Assembly: GCA_951406725.2 (NCBI GenBank)
Contig: OX597826.1
Coordinates: forward strand, 60,388,001-60,452,000
Direction of reading: 5' to 3'
Length of the DNA: 64,000 bases
Source of the DNA: Octopus vulgaris
Lineage: Eukaryota
The notes under the pieces: generated by a model
Told to the model about the DNA's origin: nothing
Seen by the model: only the letters and a program-made list of their open reading frames with translations
Databases searched by the model: none
Shown: one piece after another, positions 26,143 to 41,154 of the stretch
Numbering within the stretch: the first letter of the stretch is position 1
Layout of the letters: every line of letters starts with the position of its first letter
Program-made: the position numbers and the translations under genes

Positions 26143-28097
26143 TACTTCTACTCACCAAACGTACAATAAACCTAACATCAATATTACATTCATAAAGGTG
26201 CACAGGAACCACCCGTATAGCATTATAGAAAACATGACCACTAACATAGAGAGAAGAATAAATCTATTATCATCTAACGAGGAAATATTTAACAAACATA
26301 AGGACTATTATAACCTAGCACTTAAGAAGGCGAGATATAAATATGAAATTAGGTATGATAAAACGGCAGCACTACTACTATTCATATCAAACAATCATGA
26401 AACAAACAATATAGATGATATTAGTGAATCCAAGTCATCTGACGAATTAGTACACCCTAATAAGCGTAAATCAAAAACTCTCAATAAAAGATATAAACAT
26501 AACAGCAACAAACGAAAGACGACAATCATGACTATAATAACTATACTGAAAAAAACTCAATCACTACGAGCACCACAACCGAAACTTTACTAGAGAATAC
26601 AATAAAATTAATTTAGTAATTATCACCTTCCTAGCCACACTAATATAAATAAACTTAGGAATACTAACAACAAACACCACAACTGTATAATTAAAAATAA
26701 AAATGGGAACATTAAGTCAATAAACAGAAAAAAATAAGGATATATAAACACGCCAAATTACTTCAGTGACATGCATAAACATAGCACTCAAATTAATAAT
26801 GATGGGAATAAAATAGCAAAAAAAAAACAAAACCTTGTATTGGAAAAACTGATGCTCTAAACACAACCCAACCCAACCTTTTAATATAACAAACAACAAT
26901 AATAATTATTGGATTATAATCCCTTATGCCAGACATTTAAAATTTAACTTTATTAGATATATAAAATGATAATTAATAAAAACTTCAAAGACTCTAAATA
27001 AGGTCAAATATTTAATAATAAAAAATTAGAGTTGGATTTTCTGTTTCTCCAAATCTTTTTTGTACAATTTCTTTTTTATTAATAAGAAACTGGATCTATT
27101 CTATAATTGAAAAAAAATACTTCTATAACAGTATCTAATACCTCTATTGATAATACTATTAATAATACATCTCGTAATCCTACAATTAACAGCGACAATA
27201 CTCCTAATAACCATAACTCTATTAATCCAACAAAATATAGATATAACACCACTACACTACCCACAAATTCAAATTGTAATTGTCGAAACCCTAATGTTTG
27301 TGAAGTAGATAGAAATTGTAAAATGAAAGAAGTTGTATACTAAGCAACTATTATACTTTAGGACTCGTCTAGATACATATACGTAGGTTTCACCCAAAAT
27401 TCAATTAAAACGAAAATTTCTAACCAAATATCTACTTTTAGGGACCATTGAAAAGAGTACAGGACTATCTTGAAAAATTGGTACCTCAAAACAAACAATA
27501 TTAATTTTTCCATTTCTTGGAAAATCCTATCTTCTTCCCCTCTTATAGAAATAATAATAATATTTGCAGGTTATGTTTAGAAGAAAGCTATAACATAATG
27601 AGAATGAATGGAAATTTGGTTAATGAAAAAGTTCCTCATGTAAACACATGACTAAATTCCTATTCATTAATCTAAAATATCCCTTCACACACCGTTTTCT
27701 TTACGTTAACTCTCTAGATTAGGTTCTCATATACCACTTCTTCACGCTAAACTTCATTCTTCCGTATAGATCTTTTGATATATATTATAGTACATTTTGA
27801 TTTCAACGGTTAGGTCAAATTTACATTGGTTATTGCATTCCCACTGAACATTTCTCCTACTTACTTGCCATATGTTGCATATATGGAGCTATAATTCTAA
27901 TTTACATACTTACCTATACAAGAAACGTCTCCTATACGGCATTACTTATCTTCAAATAACAGTTGAAGCCATTAGTTATGGTTCAATATCCGGCATGACA
28001 CCAATCTCTCTCTCACACGGATTCAAATATGACTCTCGTAGATCCATTTTTTCTGCTCTATTCATTTTCAAGTTCCTTTTATTAAAGTTTCTTCCTT

Positions 28098-28173
28098 TCT
28101 TGCACTGAAGAGCACAATGATATTTATTTGATTTATATAATTATATCTTTGTTCGAAACGATCATCTGCAAGA
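28098..28173 (+). ncRNA. Minimal type I hammerhead ribozyme in the Penelope 3' region; predicted cleavage after 28166
   Basis: TCTTGCA-CTGAAGA-gcacaatgatat...atatctttgttc-GAAA-C(GATC)ATC|TGCAAGA. Perfect 7-bp stem I, long stem II with 2 mismatches, palindromic GATC loop III. Confidence 0.85.
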
Positions 28174-28368
28174 GTGAAACCTCTTATAAATTTTAACTTA
28201 TTTCCGCCATTCTTAACAAAATTGATGGCTTTTAGGGAACTTCATCCTTCGCAAATTTACGCCTGTAAACTCCCAGCACATTTTGAAGAATCAGCATTAG
28301 AAGCCCTTTTTGGAAACCTCCAATTATAGGACGAGTCCACATTCAAACTTTACACACACACACAGTTA

Positions 28369-28413
<45 letters not shown>

Positions 28414-28422
28414 CGAGAGAGA

Positions 28423-28472
<50 letters not shown>

Positions 28473-29624
28473 CAGCTAGCGAACAGACAAACAGAATGAA
28501 GGTGGACGAGATGTAGGTAGAGAAATATATAGATTGGGAGTTGTTGGCGCTTTTTTTTTCACATTAGTACTTAATTGGCTTGTTGTTAAATTCAGTCATT
28601 TTATTCCCCCCAAAGACCTCTATAAGAAAATGTATTCCCAAAATGATATATTTTTGTTTAGAGTACACCGTACTTCTTCATCGATGCATCTTCGTAATTT
28701 TTTATATCTTAACCCCACCACACACTTCTATTTCTGAATACACCGGCCTGTCTATGTATGTATGTATGTATGTATGTATGTATGTATGTATGTATGTGTG
28801 TATATATGTATGTATGTATGCATGCATGTATGTATGTATGTATGTATGTATGGATGTATGTATGTATGTGTGTATGTATGTATGTATGCATGCATGTATG
28901 TATGTATGTATGTATGTATGTATGTATGAATTTATATATGTATGTGTGTATGTGTGCATGCATTCACAAATAAACATATACAAATACACGTTTAAATATG
29001 TATACATATCTATATATATATATAACTATCTTGCTATAGAACCACGTTCTGTCTATTTTCTACTCTGTATTATTATTATACTAAATATATATTCAGTACT
29101 ATATACCTCTCACTAGTACAGACACATGCAGGCACAAATATTCGCACTCTCTTCTCTTCCCAATCCACCTCTTCCTCGTTCACCTTTCCCTCACGCACTT
29201 TCGATAACTTATTCGAGGCTTGCTTTGTGTATACATATGTAAAAGCTTACATACATACCTATACGCACACACATACACGTACACATACATACACCGTTTT
29301 TCATTCCTCATTGGTTTTTATCTAAGTATATAGTGTGTAACTCTCATGTTACAAACTCTTCTATCTACATTTAGCAAAATATATTTATAGATCTTTGCAT
29401 ATATTTACATAGTCAAAATAAGTCAAAATGTGTTGCTTATATAGGAATCAACAACAATTTAACACAAACATGTACAACAAACCAGGGATATATATTTCGG
29501 TGTGTGTCTATGTATGAAAATGCAGAGATGTAGATAGATTGATATAAACACAGATATATATATATATATTTGATTGAGTGTGTGTTCGTTTGTATGTGTG
29601 TATGTGTGTATGCGTTTGGGTGCA

Positions 29625-29655
<31 letters not shown>

Positions 29656-29715
29656 CCAATTGTATATAAGTATATATATATATAAGTAAATATGTATATA
29701 TTTATATGCATATAT

Positions 29716-29764
<49 letters not shown>

Positions 29765-29874
29765 AATATATATATGTGTGTGTGTATAAATATGTATATA
29801 TATATATCAACATAAATATGCATTATATATATGCTTATATATATATTATTTTATATACATACACACACACACGC

Positions 29875-29908
<34 letters not shown>

Positions 29909-30345
29909 ATGTATATATGTATGTATGTATATATATAAGTATATATATAGACCTATGTGCGTATGAACGAATATATGAGTGAATAAATGTTATACACCAC
30001 CTACCAATGCTCTACACGTGAATATGCACTTATTTATCAATACTGTAATGCCTGAAACCATTATAGAATATTACCAGATATTTTTTTTTAACCTAAGTAG
30101 AAATTAAGACCTCAGAAAATGTAAAATTTATATTCATAAACAGTCCTGAAATTTCAATAATGAAATAAAGAATAGGGAAAATTTCGCAGAATAACATTTA
30201 CGATAAAATTTTCTGTTTCGAATCGCTTGTTGAATATGTTTGTAAGTACATATATACGTACACACGCGCGCGCACGCACACATGCGGACACACGCGCGCA
30301 CAAACACACACACAAACGCTTTCCCGCTACATATATATATGTATG

Positions 30346-30376
<31 letters not shown>

Positions 30377-30434
30377 TTATATACATACATACACATATAT
30401 ATATATATACATATATACATATATATACACATAT

Positions 30435-30485
<51 letters not shown>

Positions 30486-30572
30486 CATAAATCCATATTT
30501 ACACACACAGACGCACATATATATATTTAAATATATATATATTTATGTATGTATAAATATATGTATGTATAC

Positions 30573-30603
<31 letters not shown>

Positions 30604-31480
30604 CATATATATATGCACAAAAATGTATTCTGTATTTGAAATGCGTTGAGTTGTATATGTACATACAACACATACATTTGTGTGATTGTTTACTTAAAAT
30701 ATAATTTGGCGTATATACACATACATGTGTGTGTGTGTTTGTATGTGCGCGAGTGTGTCTGTGTGCGTGTGCATATATATTTAAAATTAGTCTTCGTACA
30801 TTTCAGATATATGTGCATAAAATTCATCTTTACTATATATATGTATACTCTGTATGTGTGTGTGTGTGTGTGTGAGTGCTTTCTCTTTTATTTCATCAGG
30901 ATGTTTGAGTTTTGTTGTTTTTCTTTTTCCTATTTCGAAGCCGATGTTTAGCAATATAGCTATTAGTTTTATGTTGTTTACAATAATGCATTTTATTTGC
31001 TTCTTTTTACTGCAGTTTCAAATTTCTTATCCGATTTCTGTGTTTTCTTTTTCTTATATTCTTTCTGTAAGAATATTTCCACTCAATGTATCAACAATTG
31101 AACGATTACTATGTAAATAATTTCATTTATATACACAAAGACTCACCAATGTTCTCGCCTCTGAGTGTGTGCATGTGTATGCGTGTGTGTATGTGTGTTT
31201 CTGTGTGTGTACGTGCGTCAAAATGCACCACACACACACACATATATATTTATATAAATAGATAGATAGATAGATAGATATATAGATTGATAGATAGAAA
31301 CTTTCCTACTCTGGATGTGGTGTGGTCAAGTTTTGCGAATGAATTTTGATAGAATGCTAAAGAACATTTTTTTCCATTGGTACTTTATAAAAACCGAATT
31401 TAGCGACACTTTTAAATATAAGTAACGATTACGGGAATATCGTAGTGACCGAAATGGCCAATATACATACATACATACAC

Positions 31481-31512
<32 letters not shown>

Positions 31513-31569
31513 TGAGATATATATGCATGTCTATGTGCGTGTATGTATGTGTATGTACATTGTTTTATA

Positions 31570-31741
31570 TAGCCACTACACACATTTTTTTCTCTCCTTG
31601 ATTTTTTCTGTGTCCCTTTCTGTAGAAGAGTGTAGGCTCGAAACGTAGAAGACTTTTTCTATTCCTGAGCGTTATACTAATACATTTGTTTGTTTTGTGC
31701 ACCACCTATCTTCGTCTTTTGTTTTTTTCGTAAACTCTCCC
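31570..31741 (+). mobile_element. Second copy of the hammerhead-like dispersed repeat
   Basis: CTGTAGAA-GAGT(GTAG)GCTC-GAAACGTA at 31620-31647, with downstream ttcctgagcg..atactaatacatttg..cttcgtcttttg shared with 21848-22054. Followed by (TA)n. Confidence 0.65.
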
Positions 31742-31820
31742 TATATATATATATATAGAGAGAGAGAGAGTGAGAGAGAGAGAGAGAGAGACAGAGAGAC
31801 AGAGAGACAGAGAGAGAGAC

Positions 31821-31865
<45 letters not shown>

Positions 31866-32551
31866 GACACAGAGATGTATGTATGTATGTTTTCATCTAT
31901 TACAAGGATTTTAATCCGCTTGGGGATATAGTGAGAATACTTGCCAAAGTGCCATGCATCTATACATTTTTATAAGCGATGTGTTTGTTGCAGTTGAAGC
32001 CAACTCTTATATTCTATTTCAAATAATGTGCTTGCGCCAGACCTGTTCCCTCTTTGTCGCAACCATTTTCAACCCGACTGCTTAAAGAACACCTCGTTTC
32101 CGTAAGATTGTAGTGGTTCGGATCAATTAATCATAAGTTGAAGGTTTGTAAAATCGAACAGAATTGTGTGTGGTGGCACATTTTCAAGGGGACTGTGACT
32201 CATTTTCAGATCCTAATTCTGCCGCTTCCTCCTTCTGTCTCTTCCAAACTTTTATTATTTCCACAATATGCTGCTCACAATTCACAGTACACCCACGGGT
32301 TTTGTACATTTTAGGCTATTGCTTACATCTATCATCACTCTCTTAAAATGGCAGAGCTTGACTTCTGCTGACTAGGCTGACATTTCTAATAGATCAAACA
32401 AAACCGTAGAAGGCATCTTCACTGGCTCTTGTTTGGCCAATAATTTACCGAGATGTTAGCGGTATTTCGTATTGCGGGATGCATTTGCCTAAATTGTCAC
32501 AGGTTTCACAAAGAAAGATATAATTCAAGGTGCGTGTGTGTGAATATATGT

Positions 32552-32593
<42 letters not shown>

Positions 32594-32597
32594 ATGC

Positions 32598-32646
<49 letters not shown>

Positions 32647-32727
32647 TGCATACATATATACATGCATACATGCATATATACATACATATTTATATATATA
32701 CATAGATGCATACCTTGAATTATTATT

Positions 32728-32777
<50 letters not shown>

Positions 32778-33023
32778 GTATATACACATGCATACACACA
32801 TACACACATACACACGCATATTGAGCTGCCAGATACATAGATGAATAGATACAGATTGACATACGTACATACATATACCAACTGCTCCACCATTTCGTTG
32901 TGTATTCTAACATTATAAGACTTATTCTATTTCTTTTCGATTATTTCATATTCCCCATTCCCGTCATCATATATTCTTCGCGCATTTTCATTTTTCCAAT
33001 CCCCTAAATATATTTATCATATT

Positions 33024-33080
33024 CTACATTATTATCATTATTATCATTATTATTATTATTATTATTATCATTATTATTAT

Positions 33081-33129
<49 letters not shown>

Positions 33130-33145
33130 GGTGGTGGTGGTGGTG

Positions 33146-33187
<42 letters not shown>

Positions 33188-33217
33188 GTAGCAGTGGTGG
33201 TGGTGGTGGTGGTGGTG

Positions 33218-33249
<32 letters not shown>

Positions 33250-33629
33250 TGTAGTAGTAGTAGTTGTAGTAGTAGTAGTATTGTTGTTGCTGTTGATATT
33301 ATTACCATTATTATTATTATCATCATCATTATTAATATATTCGTCATCATCGTCGTCGTCGTCGTAATCGTCATCATCGTTATCATCATCACCAGCATCA
33401 TCATCATCATCATCATCATCATCTTCCTGATTTGTGGCTATAGCATCCCGTAAAGGTAAATGTACACATCCTGTTATGTCACATCATTACCTCCAGGTTG
33501 ATTGAATTATTCATTGACGAAGCAGGCAAGATGGCCGCACGATACTATTAATATTTATGACTGTTGACGGCAATTACGATGTCGGCGTGTTGGGTGATAT
33601 ATCAAGGACGGTCATAACAGCTTCATAGC

Positions 33630-33667
<38 letters not shown>

Positions 33668-33779
33668 CGATTTTGATGACGATGATGATAAGGATGACAA
33701 GGTGGAAGTATACGATGATGCTCGTTTTAATATTATTGCGAAGAACGATTATAATAATAGTGAAGAGGTCCATGACGAA

Positions 33780-33841
<62 letters not shown>

Positions 33842-34098
33842 CGAGGATGATGTCTTTGAAGATGAGGATGATGTCCTTGAAGATGCGTATGTGGATGAAG
33901 ACGGGAAGTAGAAAAGGAAAACGACGGCGATGGCAAAGATGATGTTGACGAGAGACATGACAACAGTACGGTGATGACGGCGGCGATGATGATAATGATG
34001 ACGATGATGACGACGACGATGATGATGATGATGATGATGACGATGATGATTATGATGATGGTGGTGGTGGTGGTGGAAGTGGTGGTGGTCATGGTGAA

Positions 34099-34142
<44 letters not shown>

Positions 34143-34239
34143 ATGATGATGGTGATGACTACGACGATGATGATTATGATGATGGTGATGACTACGACGA
34201 TGATGATAATGATGATGATGACTACGACGAGGACGACGT

Positions 34240-34288
<49 letters not shown>

Positions 34289-34420
34289 GGTGGTGATAGT
34301 GATGGTGATGGTGATGGTGATGGTGATGATGATGATGATGATGATGACGATGACGATGATGATGATGATGATGATGATGGTGATGATGATCACAAAAGGC
34401 AATGATGATGCTGATGATGG
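33024..34420. repeat. Compound trinucleotide arrays: (TAT)/(TAG)/(GGT)/(CAT), then (GAT)/(GAC)/(GGT)
   Basis: Directly visible. A ~200 bp unique spacer lies at 33425-33630. Confidence 0.95.
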
Positions 34421-34734
34421 GGAAGTGTGCGTAGAGCTTAACAGCGATATTAAGTTGTTTGAGATGATTACGACGGCTGTCTATTACTATTTAGCAATAT
34501 TAAAATTGTCAACACATTCCAAAGTTGAGCTGCTGCGTTTCTCTCCTCTGCACATGCATATAATTGTATTACAGTGTATATATATATGTTCACGTATCTG
34601 TAAACCATAATCGAGACAAACAAGATATGTCTATAATGACGCTCAATGTTGTGCTCGTATTACCAGCCGTATCTCAGGATTATATCAGTATGAAAATATA
34701 GAGCGTATTGGATAATGCATTTCTGTATACCAAT

Positions 34735-34960
34735 GAGGCACGTCGGTCACAGCTGGAATGTCTTTGGAATGTATCGTTAGCACGTCTTACACAATGCCTA
34801 TCGGTTTATCGTTCGGCTTTACGTTCTAAGTTCAAGTTTTGCCGAAGTCGACTGTGTCTTTCATTCTTCCGAGGTCGATAAAATATGTACCAGTTGAACT
34901 CTGGAACCGATTTAATCGAATTAACGCCACCTACACCCCCGAACTTAAAACACAAAATGA
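34735..34960 (+). mobile_element. SINE family B, decayed
   Basis: atcgttagcacg...ttacgttctaagttcaagttttgccgaagtcgactgtgtctttcattcttccgaggtcgataaaatatgtaccagtt. Confidence 0.75.
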
Positions 34961-35490
34961 AGCTGAAAAGAACAAGACGGGACTCGTGGACGGCATAATA
35001 TATATGTTTATTTGGTTTCATACAAATGTTTATTCGCTATTTTAGAGAAATTTTACTGTGTGGTTAAAACATTGTATTCAAAGCCATTTGAACTTACCTG
35101 AAAAAAAAGGCTTGATTGCAAGGACGTTGGAAAAGAAAAGTAATGTCCCGAAAGGCACAGAGACTGTCAAAGAATGTGCAGCGCAAAATTTGTTCATGCT
35201 CAACAACGGCAGCGTATATAAGACGCTTTGAAAAACTGATATATAGCATTAGACAGTCGAAAACATACACTTCTACGGCATGATAATACCCCTACCCAAT
35301 CTGCCAATCTAAACAAGCTCAAACTCGAGGAACTTGGGGGCTGGAAGTGCTTGCTCCATTTGATTACCAAATTTTACTCAGATTCAGGGAGTTTTTGGCC
35401 TCTAAACCAGACAAATGGTAAAAGTTTGGATTTGAGCTTCTGGTACAGCAATGGCAATAATCATTTTTCTCAACATGGTTTATAGATATG

Positions 35491-35576
<86 letters not shown>

Positions 35577-36357
35577 TATATACATATATATAGGTTTATA
35601 ACGGTATTAGATATCGATGTACGCACAAAATACTTATTTGGATATATTTAGATACAAAATACATGAAAATTGGTTTTGAAATTTAATTCTAAATTAGATA
35701 TATATATATATATATACCCGAGGGATTTGTTAATTGCACACGAAAATAGGTTAATGGTAGAAAAAACAGAATTCCTAATCGATAAATATCAAGATTTAGG
35801 ACTCTTTTAACATCAAAACCTTTCGAAGATGAAAGCTACAATTATTAATAAATATTTATTCATAAATATAGATGATAAATAAATTTAATGTAGATATACA
35901 AACTAGAATATATCTCGGAGATGGATTCATAAATATGTATATTAAAAATATATTAATGAAACAGACAACAGCATAATTAGAAACTTAATGAATTAATAAA
36001 GAAAGTAGTATGAAATAATTAGTCATCAAAGTATACTGAGAACCAATGAATGATTATTGTAGCCATTTTCAAAACCATAGAATAATTTCAGGTGAGGCTT
36101 AGAAAGAATGGCGGCAAAGAAATCTCCGGCAAAATGGCAAGTACTTCATGATGGTTATGAGAGTAAGATAGACAACATGCACACACACAAACACACACAG
36201 ACACACACAGAGAAGCACACACACACAAACACACACTCACAAACACACACACACACACAAGCACACATACACACATATACAAATCCAGACACACATATGC
36301 ATATACACATATGAATGTACAAGCATACACACAAACGTGGGTATATATATATGTGTG

Positions 36358-36648
36358 TGTAGCATAGTGGTCAGAATACTCGGCTTACGATAGTAACATC
36401 GTGATTTCGATAACCAATGGCACCGATGGAAGAAACACTTTATTTCACGGTGTTCTAGTCCTCTCAGCTAGTAAAAATGAAGAGTACCTATATTTTCACG
36501 TTCTATGTCACGTTGAATCTCCCTGTGAAACACGTTAAGGGATACGCATGTCTTTGGAGCGCAAGACCACTTGATTGCAAATTTCATTAGCAGGCTGTTT
36601 AATTGAGATCAACTGGAAACCGCGTTGTCGTAAGCGACGGCGCGCCAA
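36358..36648 (+). mobile_element. SINE family C, decayed (head/body type A + tail type 2)
   Basis: gcatagtggtcag...gtgatttcgata, acactttatttcacg body, then the gatcaactggaaacc tail shared with 5490-5640. Confidence 0.65.
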
Positions 36649-37151
36649 TGGTCACGATATGTTACCAAACGATATCTTCCTTAGCTTCAGTCGTAACTAA
36701 ACTAGCAAGTACATGCTTTACTGAAACATCGTCTTCATGTCATACGAATACCAATACAAATATACATAATTTGGATTTCGGACGCGAAATCACCAACGTC
36801 CAATATTAAATATGCTTATGCTTGTATCAGTTGCTTAGCGAATTATTGGCGACACAGCCTCCATTCTTCACCCGTCCTTACACCGGTCTACATCCAATCA
36901 TTCAACAAATAGATCGGTGAAAGATTATCTCTAAAAGATCCCAAATATCTGTGTGAGAAGTACATGAATATGTGGAAGCATCTGAATGTGTCCACACGTG
37001 ATTAAATGATACAAGTCTATAATTTTCATGAATGTACAAATATCCAGATTATATGTAAGTGAATGATTTTGTGTGTATATGTGTGTTTATGCACACACAT
37101 ATATACAATCATAAACGTACGTACAAACATATATATATGTATATATATTAT

Positions 37152-37197
<46 letters not shown>

Positions 37198-39324
37198 TAT
37201 ATACACACATGCATATATATATGTAAATATATGTATCTATGTATGTATGTATGTATGTACGTATGTTTGCATACATTTTTATGTCTATATATATATATAT
37301 AGGATTGATAGCTAGGTATATATTATGGATACATGTGTGCGTGTGTGTGTGTGTGTGTGTGGTGTGCTAATAGACACATTAACAAAGACACTCACTAATT
37401 TTATTCACCGTTTTCTACCTTTTTCAAAACAAGGAAGCCATTTTGTTTTCGTTTCTTTCCTTTCCTTTAAATTTTGCAAATCCACCATATTTTTCTGTCA
37501 CATTTAACAAATTATTGATTCATTCAAACTACACATAATAAAATACGAAACCAAAGAAGTAGAAATCAATAGCTTTCCTGCATATATTGCACAAAGCACA
37601 GAAACATCCGCACACATGTGTACATGCACGCATACACACATGCACACACATGCAAACACACACTCACATACACAAGCAGTAACGTACATATAGTCCCTTA
37701 AACTGAAATAGGAAATTTGTATTACACACACATATACAAATATAGCAGAAATATTCACAATACCAAATATATGGCGAACAGACACTTACATACACACAAA
37801 CACACACGCATCAAATAGTCATGACAATAAACACAATAAAAATACGAATCATAAATACATATACTTACTCATTCAATTAATACATTGCACAGATACATAC
37901 AAGAAAAATCACATTTAAACAACGTAAACGTCACAAGCATACAAGACGAAGACGTATCAAATACACATGCAAACACGCGCACAAAGACATGTACACATAT
38001 ACTGACGCGCATACACACATATATGACAAAGATATGTCATGTACACACATAGCAAACGAAGAAAACACACATTTGACAGTCAATCTCTGAATGGGAAACG
38101 ATCACATAAAATAATTAAACAAGGCAAATGAAATAATTAAGTCAATGAATATATGAATAAAAGGGAGAAATTAAATAGGGGGAGATAACTTGAATGAAAT
38201 TTATGTAGGGGAATATGATGTGGCGTGAGAGGAGGTGGGCGATAGTGTGGGAGAAATTAGTCAATTAATGATTGTGTTGTAAGGAGTCAATATGAGGTGG
38301 TTTGAGTGTTTGGAAATAAAGAGAAAATACGATGGAGTGAGAGAGAGAGAGAGAGAGTAATTGGAGAGCTGGAGAATGGGGAGCAGGTGTGGTTGAGAGA
38401 TGAAGAGGGACAACAGGGCGTCGCCAGAGGATGAGAGAGTGTGTGAGGTGATGAGTTGTGCGGTCTAGTGAGCTTGAGAGAAAAGAGAGAGAGAAAAGGG
38501 GGGGGAAATTAATTGAGAGAGAAAGAGGAAAAGTGGTTTAGAGAGAATGAAATAGAATTGGTGAGAGAAAGAGAGAGGGAGACAGAGATGGATGAGAGAG
38601 ACAAAAGAGAGAGAGAGAGGGATGAGAGTGAAAGATAGAGAAAGAGGAGTTCATAGAGTGACACGAAAGAGAAAGAGATGGAGGGAAGAGGGGGATGGGA
38701 AGAGAAAGACGGAACAAGCAGAAAGAGTTAAAAGTGAGTGAGTGAGGGAAGAGAGAGAGAGAAGGGAGAGCCACGAGAGAGGATGGCAAGAAAGTACAAA
38801 GAGTGAGAGAGACAGAGACAGAGATAGAGAGTGACAGAGAGGGAGAACCAAGTGCAAGGATTTCTCTTGGGAGACTAGATTTGCAAGGCATGAGAGAAAT
38901 ACATTGAGATACGACGAAATTGCGAGAGTTTGAAAGAAAAATGAGCGAATTCAGTGTATGTGTATATCTGTCTCAGGTAATAGATAGAGATAGAAGTAAA
39001 GAGAGAGAGATAAGGGATAAGAGTCATGCATAGAAAATATTAACATAAATTAGAGAAAATGTTAACGTATAATGGTAATTGGGTTAAGAGAATTGACGAA
39101 TAATTGGTAAATGATATAGAGGGAATTGATTGATTGATTGACACAAAGTATAGGACAATAAATAGAAAAGAAAAAGAAAGAAAGGAAGGAAGGGTTGAAG
39201 GAAGGAAGGGTTGAAGGAAGGAAGGAAGGAAGAAAGAATTAATAACTGGAAGTGAGATAGAAGGAATGGGGAGAGGTGGAGGCACGAAGCATGGCAAAAA
39301 AAGACTAGATGTCTATATAAACAT

Positions 39325-39361
<37 letters not shown>

Positions 39362-39834
39362 TGAGGAAATAGAGACAGAGCTTTAATTACTATATACATA
39401 TATACACATACAAACACACAGACACACACACGCAAGCGCACACACACACACACACACAAACACACACATACACACACACAAAGAAAGACGGGCAAAGAAA
39501 GAGAGAGCCTGGGTGGCTGGATCGAGAAGATATGAAATTCTGATACACTTCTATCCAGAAATGTTGAAGTAATACATATATGTGTGTTTGCGTGTGTGTG
39601 GATGTATGTAAGATTATAAACAACACATACAAACGTATAATCTATATATAATCATATAAAGAGATGTCGTACGTTTGCACGTGGGATTGTGTGTACATTT
39701 ATGTTTATATCTATCTATCACGCATTCTGGCACACTTTCCCCCTCTCACTCTGTCTCTCTCTCTCTCAGTCTGCCTGTCTCTCCCCTCCCTCTCTCTCTC
39801 TCTCTCGCTCTATGTATATATATATGAACATACA

Positions 39835-39883
<49 letters not shown>

Positions 39884-39917
39884 GTATATGTACATGGTTA
39901 CATACATATATCTATGC

Positions 39918-39954
<37 letters not shown>

Positions 39955-40161
39955 AACATATATGCATAGGATAAATATCTCCTTAATGTGTGTATGTCTG
40001 TACTTTAGGTACATATGTAGAAGAAGAAGAATAAAAAGAAGAAAAGAAGAAGAAGAAGAAGAAGAAGAAGAAGAAGAAGAAGAAGAAGAAGAAGAAGAAG
40101 AAGAAGAAGAAGAAGAAGAAGAAGAAGGTTGTGCTGATGGGTGAAACTGACAGAAGGAAAG

Positions 40162-40238
<77 letters not shown>

Positions 40239-40640
40239 CCAGACAGACAGACAGACAGACGGACAGAGAGGGGAGTGTGCTGAAGAGAGAGAGAAAGAAA
40301 CGAGGAGAGAGTGATTGAGAGAGAGAGTAACAGAGAGAGAGAGAGAGAGGAAAAAGTGAGGGGAAAACATTGTTATTCGATCGATACTTGTTGAAGAATG
40401 CCTTGATGTTTTTTCTGCTGTTTCTTGACATCAAACAGACTTATAACTTATGCTTATTTCACACGGTTATTAATAATTGCTACAATAGCAAATACCAGCA
40501 AAATAACAAAAGCAACAAGTACTAATACTACTACTACTAATACAACTACTAATACTACTAACATGGAAATAAATACTAATATACTACAAGTTGGAGCAGT
40601 AGCGAAATAATGTCAATTTTAATATGGAAATAATTGATTT

Positions 40641-40871
40641 ATAAAATATAAAATAGAATGTGATATAATGAGCACCATTATGGGTATAGATGTTCCAATA
40701 GTCTTGGTATTAGTGATAATAACAGCAATAATTATTAGATATAGAATAAGGATGGAAATACTACGACTAATATGAAAGAATAACAACAGTAACCGTAGGA
40801 AAGCATGTAATGATGACGATCACGTTGTTGTTAATGATGATGATGATATATGGCGGTGGAGGTTGTTGTTG

Positions 40872-40903
<32 letters not shown>

Positions 40904-41045
40904 GGTGGTGCTGGTGCTGGTGCTGGTGCTGGTGTTGGTGGTGCTGGTGGTGCTGGTGGTGCTGGTGTTCCACTGCTGCTGCAGCTGGTGGTGCTTGCAG
41001 TGATTGAGCAGGGGAAGAAGAAGAAGACGAAAAACAACAAGATGG

Positions 41046-41104
<59 letters not shown>

Positions 41105-41122
41105 GTGATGCTGATGGTGATG

Positions 41123-41154
<32 letters not shown>

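Larger units (their letters stand above)
25231..28300 (+). mobile_element. Decayed, 5'-truncated Penelope-like retroelement (RT + GIY-YIG endonuclease + 3' region with hammerhead)
   Basis: RT motifs HKPNF..RNIYPCK, FDILMGAQDSAELANLVGIYLL, GL*RDDAL, NFLDVNFNL, NHPYSII..IERRINLLSSNEEIF. Endonuclease CNCRNPNVC..NC..KEVVY*A..YIYVG, ISWKIL, ICRLCLEE. Coding part ends ~27670. Many stops and frameshifts. Confidence 0.9.

Noticed and set aside
31990-32460. Faint LINE RT-like traces here; Tc1/mariner-like traces at ~35080-35240 and ~61300-61960
   Set aside because: Too decayed to support by eye. They need a profile-HMM search.
33524-33545. aggcaagatg, resembling the miR-31 5' end
   Set aside because: The match stops after 10 nt and no precursor hairpin is evident.
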